From Candidatus Woesearchaeota archaeon (GTDB lineage Archaea; Nanobdellota; Nanobdellia; SCGC-AAA011-G17; GW2011-AR18), in contig CAYSFG010000033.1 in the NCBI GenBank assembly GCA_964430545.1, positions 6,394 to 70,393 on the forward strand: a DNA stretch of 64,000 bases. Direction: 5' to 3'. Below the pieces are notes generated by a model that saw only the letters and a program-made list of their open reading frames with translations, ran no database searches and was not told the DNA's origin. Shown one piece after another: positions 57,918-64,000 of this stretch. The position numbers were made by a program, and so were the translations under genes. How positions within the stretch are numbered: position 1 is the stretch's first letter; every line of letters begins with the position of its first letter.

Positions 57918-58118
57918 TTATTGATTTTTATTATTTATATTTAGTAAAGTATGTAGAGCACACCAGCCTATGAAACTTTCTATTAATGCAATTATTCCTA
58001 TTATTACAATTACTAAGTTTACCCAAAAGTTTGATGTTTTCAAAGCCCATGGGCCAAGCCACCAAAAAGCTAATGCAAACCTTAATACTCTATCAGTTAT
58101 TCCTAAATTTTGTTTCAT
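57918..58118 (-). CDS. DUF2892-family small membrane protein
   Basis: NLGITDRVLRFALAFWWLG is a paralogue of 53769..53978. Confidence 0.5.
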   Translation of the reverse strand: MKQNLGITDRVLRFALAFWWLGPWALKTSNFWVNLVIVIIGIIALIESFIGWCALHTLLNINNKNQ

Positions 58119-58528
58119 TAATTTTTACCTCCATTTTTTTATATAGATAAACTGAATTCTATAATTTATATAATTTTCTATAAAAGTTTATCTATCTCTC
58201 AAAGAATTTGTTATAATTTAGTAATGGTTCGTCTGCTGGTTGATATTTGAATACTTCTTTAAATTTTTTAGAGATGTTATCTACTAATGGGTCAATGTAC
58301 ATTGGGAATATGAAGTGTGATAGTATTGTTTGCTTTGTCTTTTCTTTCTTCAGGTTTTAGCCCAAACAAGTCTAGGTTCTTCTTTATATATTCATAACGT
58401 CCTTTACTATCATAAATATCATTGTCCATTTTTATTTCACTCTCCTATTTTAGTTGAGTTGTTATAAATAGTCAAGTAAGATAATGCAAGATTCTGCATT
58501 GCAAAGATGTTAACGTATTCTCTCAGAA

Positions 58529-58650
58529 GTATGAATGCGGGGGACATTGACCATGCTGATAATCTAGCAACGCTAAGTGTCTTTAGTATGCCTTAATGTT
58601 TTAATAGATAAACTTATTTATATTGTCTTCTGTTATTCTTCTGGCTTAGT
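58529..58650. repeat. Left copy of a direct repeat of about 120 nt (partner at 62622..62735)
   Basis: GAATGCGGGGGACATTGACCATGCTGATAATCTAGCAACGCTAAGTGTCTTTAGTATGCCTTAAT...AAACTTATTTATATTGTCTTCTGTTATTC is near-identical to the copy at 62622, differing by 3-4 substitutions and one 12-nt variable spacer. Confidence 0.7.
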
Positions 58651-59080
58651 TTATTTTTTGTTTTATTTGATTTATTATTTCTCCTGAGCATTTATCCCAG
58701 AATTCTAAAATATTTTTAGCTTTCATTATGTCTACTTTGAATCCTCTATAATTTACGTCATGTCTTATTTTTTTGAATAGGAATAGATTGTTTAGTTGCA
58801 TTTTTTTTTTTATTTCCATTTCTTTTAGTATGTCCATGCTTACTTCATGATTTTTCGGTTCATATCCTAATAACCACCATTGTGCGTCTCCTAATTGTCT
58901 TATTGATTCGTATGTTTCTCTAAAGATTAGTGTTGCGCTTTCTTCGTTTAATGGTATCATTTTTACTATTTTAATGTTTATTTCTGCTATTTCTATCATT
59001 GATTTTATTTTATGTATATCTAGTTGTCTTGGTCTTAATTGTTTATCTTTTTCTAATAATTCTATTATCTCTTTCTTCAT
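58646..59080 (-). CDS. HEPN-domain protein (toxin of the second HEPN/MNT pair)
   Basis: Helical 144 aa protein immediately downstream of an MNT gene. Confidence 0.65.
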   Translation of the reverse strand: MKKEIIELLEKDKQLRPRQLDIHKIKSMIEIAEINIKIVKMIPLNEESATLIFRETYESIRQLGDAQWWLLGYEPKNHEVSMDILKEMEIKKKMQLNNLFLFKKIRHDVNYRGFKVDIMKAKNILEFWDKCSGEIINQIKQKIN

Positions 59081-59700
59081 GGTTTTACCTCTAGGAATCC
59101 TGATAATTTTATTCCATTTGCAATATTGTTGAATAAATTTATATCTATATTTTTTCTATTAAATATATGTACTTGTATTTTTCTTTTTATATGGTTTTCA
59201 ATATTTGTTATATACTCTAATTGTTCTTTTCTATTCGCTACTAATTGTCTTAATGATAGAACTTGATATCCTTCTTCTATTTTTTCTTCTGTTTCTATTG
59301 CTATATCTATGTCAGATTCTGATATATCTTCTCCTGTTCTAAAGCTTCCGAATAAGATTATTGTTTTTGGATTTCTGTAATAATCATTTAAGAATTCTAC
59401 TATTCCACTTTGATATAGATAGTTTAAATTAAATACTATTTTACTTCTTGTGAATAACCAGTTTTGTGTGTTTGCTCTTATTCTCCATATTTTTGTAAGT
59501 TTTGTTATGTTTATTATTTCTAATCTATAAAATTCTTCTAATATTTTTCCAACATTTGATTTTGGTACTTGTGCTTCTTCTGCTAAATCTGATAAGCTAT
59601 ATTCAATATCTGGATGCTTGAATAGTTCTTCGAGTATTTTATCTCTTCCATTTTTTTCAATTAAGTATTGTTCTCTTTTTAGAACTTTTGTTTTTTTCAT
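59077..59700 (-). CDS. Minimal nucleotidyltransferase with N-terminal HTH (antitoxin of the second pair)
   Basis: IILFGSFRTGEDISESDIDIAIE NTase motif. N-terminal DNA-binding region. Confidence 0.75.
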   Translation of the reverse strand: MKKTKVLKREQYLIEKNGRDKILEELFKHPDIEYSLSDLAEEAQVPKSNVGKILEEFYRLEIINITKLTKIWRIRANTQNWLFTRSKIVFNLNYLYQSGIVEFLNDYYRNPKTIILFGSFRTGEDISESDIDIAIETEEKIEEGYQVLSLRQLVANRKEQLEYITNIENHIKRKIQVHIFNRKNIDINLFNNIANGIKLSGFLEVKP

Positions 59701-59861
59701 ATAACTTATGTTCTATATATAGAACTATTTAAACATTTCGGTTGTTGTTAATTGATAGTAAGTGTTAGTAATATTAAATATTATCTTCTGTTATTTGTAA
59801 ACTATTTATTTAGTAATATCGATTAAGTCTTTGCATTTTTTCTTTGTTTGAGGGTCTTCTT

Positions 59862-61166
59862 TTATTCTAACAACCACTTCCATAATGGTATTATTTTTAT
59901 TGTTTTATTTTCTATTTTCTCTTCTTTGTAATCAGATTCATTTGTTATAATTATTCCTTTGTTTAGTTTAAAATGATTTAATGATGTTATTAATGAGTTT
60001 ATTTCTCTGTTTCTTGTTTCATTATTTGATAAGTTAGTGCATACTTGTATTATTGAAACTATTTTTTTACCTTCTTTCATTATGAAGTCTATTTCTTTAT
60101 CTTCTGTTGTTTTGAAATAGTTTATAGTAAGTAGTGGGTTTTTTTCTTTTTGTCTTAACAATTGTAGGAATACAGTATTTTCTAGTCTTTTTCCTTGTTC
60201 TTGAATTGAGAATAGGTTTAGGAAACTTATATCATCAAGATATATTTTTGGTATTGATAAACCGCTCTTCTTTTCAGAATTTTCGTATTTTCTTAGTGCG
60301 AAAATAAAGAATGAATCTTCGAAAATATTAAAATTATAATATAATGTGTTTTTGCTTATTTTAATTCCTTGTGATTTTAGGTTATTATATAGACTATTTA
60401 TGCTTAATTCTTTAGCTGTAGAGCTTATTAATGAATTCATTAACCATCTTATTATTTTTGTGTTTTTTAGGCTATACCTCTCGACTATATCTTTGTATAT
60501 TACAAGATCGAAATAATCTTTTACTATTTTCATTTTTTCATTCTTGTCATTTTCTAAAACTACTTCAGGATAGCCTCCGTATAGTAGATATTCTTCAAGG
60601 TAATTAAGTAATCTTGATTTTGTTTCTGTGTCTATTTTATTAATATCAAACTTGAATTTTTTGAAAGCTAAAAATTCTTTAAAAGATAATGGAAGTAGAA
60701 GATTTGTTATAGATCTTCCTCTTAATGATGTTGCTATTTCTTTGCTTAATAATTTTGATGATGATCCTGTTAAGAAAATTTGGCAATTGTATCTGTCATA
60801 AATATCTCTTATAGCAAGTTCCCATTTGTTTATTACTTGAGGTTCGTCTATGAATATGAAAAGTTTTTTCTTTATTATTTCTGGAAATATAGACCATTGG
60901 ACTTCTATTAATTCACTTATTTCTTTATATGATATATCACTTAAAATAGGGCTTTCAAAATTAAAATATAAAATCTGCTCTTTAAGTATTCCTGATTTTT
61001 CCAAATTTTGTATTTTATTAAATAATAAAGAAGTTTTACCAACCCTTCTAGCACCTATAACTGTCTGAATTTTATTAGATTCTTTAATTATTAATTCTCT
61101 GTCTATAAGATTGAATTCTCTTTTATTAAAATCCAATAAATAACGTTTTATCTTTTCTGTGTCCAT
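59862..61166 (-). CDS. AAA+ superfamily ATPase (COG1373; AAA_14 plus DUF4143)
   Basis: Walker A IGARRVGKTSLL, Walker B FIFIDEPQ. Architecture typical of archaeal DUF4143 ATPases. Confidence 0.75.
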   Translation of the reverse strand: MDTEKIKRYLLDFNKREFNLIDRELIIKESNKIQTVIGARRVGKTSLLFNKIQNLEKSGILKEQILYFNFESPILSDISYKEISELIEVQWSIFPEIIKKKLFIFIDEPQVINKWELAIRDIYDRYNCQIFLTGSSSKLLSKEIATSLRGRSITNLLLPLSFKEFLAFKKFKFDINKIDTETKSRLLNYLEEYLLYGGYPEVVLENDKNEKMKIVKDYFDLVIYKDIVERYSLKNTKIIRWLMNSLISSTAKELSINSLYNNLKSQGIKISKNTLYYNFNIFEDSFFIFALRKYENSEKKSGLSIPKIYLDDISFLNLFSIQEQGKRLENTVFLQLLRQKEKNPLLTINYFKTTEDKEIDFIMKEGKKIVSIIQVCTNLSNNETRNREINSLITSLNHFKLNKGIIITNESDYKEEKIENKTIKIIPLWKWLLE

Positions 61167-61443
61167 AACTATAATATAAACAAACTAATATATAAAAGTT
61201 TCCCTTTCAATAGGGAAAGAATAAACAAATGTTTCCTTATATATAGGGAAATTTAAAATAATCAGCCTATATCGTAAATGGGGTTAGCATATAAATAAAA
61301 ATGATATATCGTAAAATTGGTGAATATATAAAGAATAGTTCAATAGTATATAGTTACTATTAAGTGATAACCATACCGTAAGATTTATAAACTTAGTAAT
61401 TTTGCTAAAATAAGCTAAAAATTAACTAGAGAGAAAAACAAAA

Positions 61444-62340
61444 ATGGATACTCAAACTATTGATAGTGTAAGATATGCTTTAGGAAAAGCACATAGCGAA
61501 ATTTATGGTGCTACAATTATTAAAGAACCTGTAAAACCTTTTTATAAAACAGGAACTCATGGTGTTAGTGAAAGTTTAAGAAAATGTACTGATTCTGGTT
61601 ATAAACCTTTATTCATGCCTGAACTTGCTATTGCAAGAAGCAAAACAGATGGTGATTCAATGTTATGGAAAGATTGGTTTTTAACAACAAGTATTATAGC
61701 TACAGGAAGAACAAAAGGGGGAAATCCTGTTGTAGTTTATGCTCACGTACAGAATCCTTTTAATAATCCAGACAATATAAGAAATGCAGTAAATGGAACA
61801 GAAGGAAGAAAAATTGTTAATGGTGCTGGAACATTAACTAATGAAGAATTTTATCAATTACTAGACCAGCAAGGAAATGGAAGAGTTTTCGTTGTAGACT
61901 ATGATAAACTAGAAAGTTCAACAAGTGGGATTATAAAAGTTAAAGATGCTTTAGAACATCCACAAACAATACCCTTCTTAGGAAGCAAAGAAATAGCAGA
62001 AGCTTATATTGATAGATATCAAAAAGTTCATGATAAAAATATTGGAGTATGGTATTATGATGATTTAGGAGAAGAACCAAGGGCTCGTTTGCTCTGTGCT
62101 GGCAGCAGCGTCAACGGCGGCTTGTTCAGCAGCTGCAGCCTTGACTACAGCGGTCGTGTCCTCGGGGTTGCGCCGGAGGCGCAGTGCGTCGAAAAAAAAG
62201 TAGTAGATGAACCTAAAGCAGAACCTCTTGAAGCTAGAGTAAGTGGGCCTAGTGTAGAATTATTAAATGATGGAAGACTTGTTAGAGTTGGTGGAATTAT
62301 TTATGTTCGTGCAGAAGGTTTAGAATTAAGATCGCAATAA
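61444..62340 (+). CDS. Hypothetical protein with atypical composition, containing a 120-bp block of about 65% GC
   Basis: Low K/I/N content compared with neighbours. Nucleotides 62085-62205 (PRARLLCAGSSVNGGLFSSCSLDYSGRVLGVAPEAQCVE) are strongly GC-rich. Confidence 0.5.
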   Translation: MDTQTIDSVRYALGKAHSEIYGATIIKEPVKPFYKTGTHGVSESLRKCTDSGYKPLFMPELAIARSKTDGDSMLWKDWFLTTSIIATGRTKGGNPVVVYAHVQNPFNNPDNIRNAVNGTEGRKIVNGAGTLTNEEFYQLLDQQGNGRVFVVDYDKLESSTSGIIKVKDALEHPQTIPFLGSKEIAEAYIDRYQKVHDKNIGVWYYDDLGEEPRARLLCAGSSVNGGLFSSCSLDYSGRVLGVAPEAQCVEKKVVDEPKAEPLEARVSGPSVELLNDGRLVRVGGIIYVRAEGLELRSQ

Positions 62341-62621
62341 ACAAACTTTTTTATACTATTTATTTTTATTATTTTCTTTGTCCCAGCTATTCTAAAAACT
62401 TTACAATATAGTAAAGTGTTAATGGAGTAGTTTGGATCTACACGCATTTTCATTAAGACAACAATAGTTGTTATAAAATACAGCCTTGACAGAAATGAAA
62501 AATTTATTCCATTATTCTTAATATTCTAACCATTCTATAACTAGAAGATTATTTAAAATAATAAAACTAATATAATATTAGGCATCAGAATAAACGTCAG
62601 GCATTCACCATATTAATAGTA

Positions 62622-62735
62622 TATGGAATGCGGGGAACATTGACCATGCTGATAATCTAGCTACTCTAAGTGTCTTTAGTATGCCTTAATAGTATAATGT
62701 TAAACTTATTTATATTGTCTTCTGTTATTCGTCTG
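62622..62735. repeat. Right copy of the direct repeat of about 120 nt (partner at 58529..58650)
   Basis: See the left copy. Confidence 0.7.
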
Positions 62736-62775
62736 ACTCTTCTTCTACTTCAATTGATTTTGATTTCTTTTCTTT

Positions 62776-63027
62776 CTAAGAATTCTTTGGCTGCTCTGAT
62801 TTTCTTTGATGATCTTCTTTGTCGTTTATTATTTTTTTAAGCAAGTCTAAATGCTTTTGATAATATTTTTCTCTTATTTCTATTGCTTCTTCTAATAATT
62901 CTCTTATTGTTGTTGATAGGTCTTTTTGTTCTAACTTTGCTAATCTTTCTAGTTTAGTTAATAGTTCATCATCTAACCTAAACATTTTTCTTTCCTTTTT
63001 CTTCTTGGGCTTTTCTTTGTAGATCAT
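62776..63027 (-). CDS. Ribbon-helix-helix (CopG/Arc-like) DNA-binding protein
   Basis: KMFRLDDELLTKLERLAKLEQKDLSTTIRELLEEAI is an RHH beta-strand plus two helices. Confidence 0.5.
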   Translation of the reverse strand: MIYKEKPKKKKERKMFRLDDELLTKLERLAKLEQKDLSTTIRELLEEAIEIREKYYQKHLDLLKKIINDKEDHQRKSEQPKNS

Positions 63028-63409
63028 TGTAGTCCCCCATTACATTTTTGCAGTTTGTATTTATATTCTCTAGTACATGTTTTGTACATACTTTTAAATT
63101 TTGTAGGATATTCTAGCCGTAATTTATCTAATTTGATTTTTGTTTTCATATTTTATTATTTTGATTTACTGCTATTTAAGTCTTGTACGTCTCTTGTGCG
63201 TAAACCTATATTGTAGAATTTATTTATAAATTTTGTAGTCCTTTCGTAGCCACAGACTGAGTTTTTGTTCATAATTCTATTATTTGTATTAAGTAGTATA
63301 TAAGTAGCGAGTTAATGTTATACACTAAAAAGTGTAAGAGATGTACAAAATGTATGTTGTCATGTCTAAAAAGTATGTGGCGCTTACTTAAATAAGAATT
63401 ATTTGTAAA

Positions 63410-63706
63410 CTATTTCTTTTGCATGATTTCTTTTGTTTTTATTATTATTTCTTTTGCTAAGTTTGTAATCTCTTTATATAGTGATTCTTTTAATTTGATC
63501 TCTACTCCATATTGATAATGTTCTCTTATTCCTACTATAGTGTTTTCTTTATCTTCTGTGTTTATTGAATATATTTTATCTAATATTTCCTTCTCAAGAT
63601 CTATCTTGTTTTCTTCTATTAAACTATTGATTAATGCGAAAGTACATTCTTGATTTCTTGATTCATATCCATATTTTATTGCTATTGCTAATAAACATTG
63701 GTACAT
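63410..63706 (-). CDS. HEPN-like protein, possibly N-terminally disrupted (third TA-like locus)
   Basis: Upstream in the same frame the sequence reads MSQTKNKVEWCLRKAEK*IQEGKIHKGLVIVKPDIRKAEDHIKKAEHYL... with an in-frame TAA. An upstream minus-strand ORF fragment ends ...GTEEFVELIKNEPNKE and overlaps as ATGA. Confidence 0.4.
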   Translation of the reverse strand: MYQCLLAIAIKYGYESRNQECTFALINSLIEENKIDLEKEILDKIYSINTEDKENTIVGIREHYQYGVEIKLKESLYKEITNLAKEIIIKTKEIMQKK

Positions 63707-64000
63707 TGAATAAAATATTGTGCTTGTGCTTATGTCTGGAAAGTTTCCTTTTTTTAGATAATCTGTTGCTGATAAATAATGCTCTGCTTTTTTAATATGA
63801 TCCTCTGCTTTCCTTATATCGGGTTTTACTATTACAAGTCCTTTATGTATTTTACCTTCTTGTATTTATTTTTCTGCTTTTCTTAGGCACCATTCAACTT
63901 TATTCTTTGTTTGGCTCATTTTTGATCAACTCCACAAATTCTTCTGTACCTGTAATAACTATCCCTTTTATAATATTTATTATTACAGAATCATTTTTGT

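Noticed and set aside
58150-58440. Two adjacent minus-strand ORF fragments in different frames (MDNDIYDSKGRYEYIKKNLDLFGLKPEERKDK... and ...IDPLVDNISKKFKEVFKYQPADEPLLNYNKFFER)
   Set aside because: They look like a frameshifted remnant at the edge of the repeat-bounded cassette. No family recognised, so they are not reported as a gene.
60850-61068. Plus-strand ORF in the AAA ATPase gene
   Set aside because: Antisense.
1-64000. CRISPR arrays, rRNA genes, transposase or integrase genes
   Set aside because: No regularly spaced short repeats, no rRNA-like GC-rich kilobase blocks, and no DDE or tyrosine-recombinase-like ORFs were seen.

Overview
This is a low-GC (roughly 28-30%) archaeal chromosome segment with dense coding and K/I/N-rich proteins, consistent with a small-genome DPANN-type archaeon. 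Archaeal identity rests on TFB, Orc1/Cdc6, Alba, aIF5A, Spt5-SecE-L11, Rpo12, prefoldin, EndA and several e-type ribosomal proteins. Housekeeping content includes GlyRS, FtsZ with SepF, Dph2, PRPP synthetase, RNase Z, EndA, TrmY, Trm-G10, a site-2 protease and TatD. Six tRNA-like loci stand out as short GC-rich blocks in the AT-rich background, and several show unusual architecture: a tRNA-Phe with three apparent introns (D-loop, anticodon, T-loop); a tRNA-Ala(GGC) with a T-loop insertion; a tRNA-Pro-like 3' half with no 5' half nearby; a class II tRNA with an intron of about 80 nt that is overlapped by a LAGLIDADG endonuclease ORF; and a tRNA with a 37-nt intron and an unresolved anticodon. 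The sixth, tRNA-Thr(GGU), carries an ordinary 13-nt canonical anticodon-loop intron. The strongest candidate for a novel system is a three-gene secreted operon at 36.1-45.4 kb: a 672-aa protein with a pilin-type class III signal peptide, a 1957-aa cysteine-rich secreted giant protein, and a secreted Amidase_2 (PGRP-type) peptidoglycan amidase. This looks like a cell-surface or host-attack module. Other accessory content includes a phosphoketolase plus acetate kinase operon (likely acquired), a copper and thiol-disulfide membrane gene cluster, three HEPN/MNT toxin-antitoxin pairs, and a roughly 4-kb cassette bracketed by a 120-nt direct repeat that contains an ORF with an anomalously GC-rich 120-bp block. 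All calls come from reading the six-frame translations and the nucleotide sequence by eye. No database searches were run.
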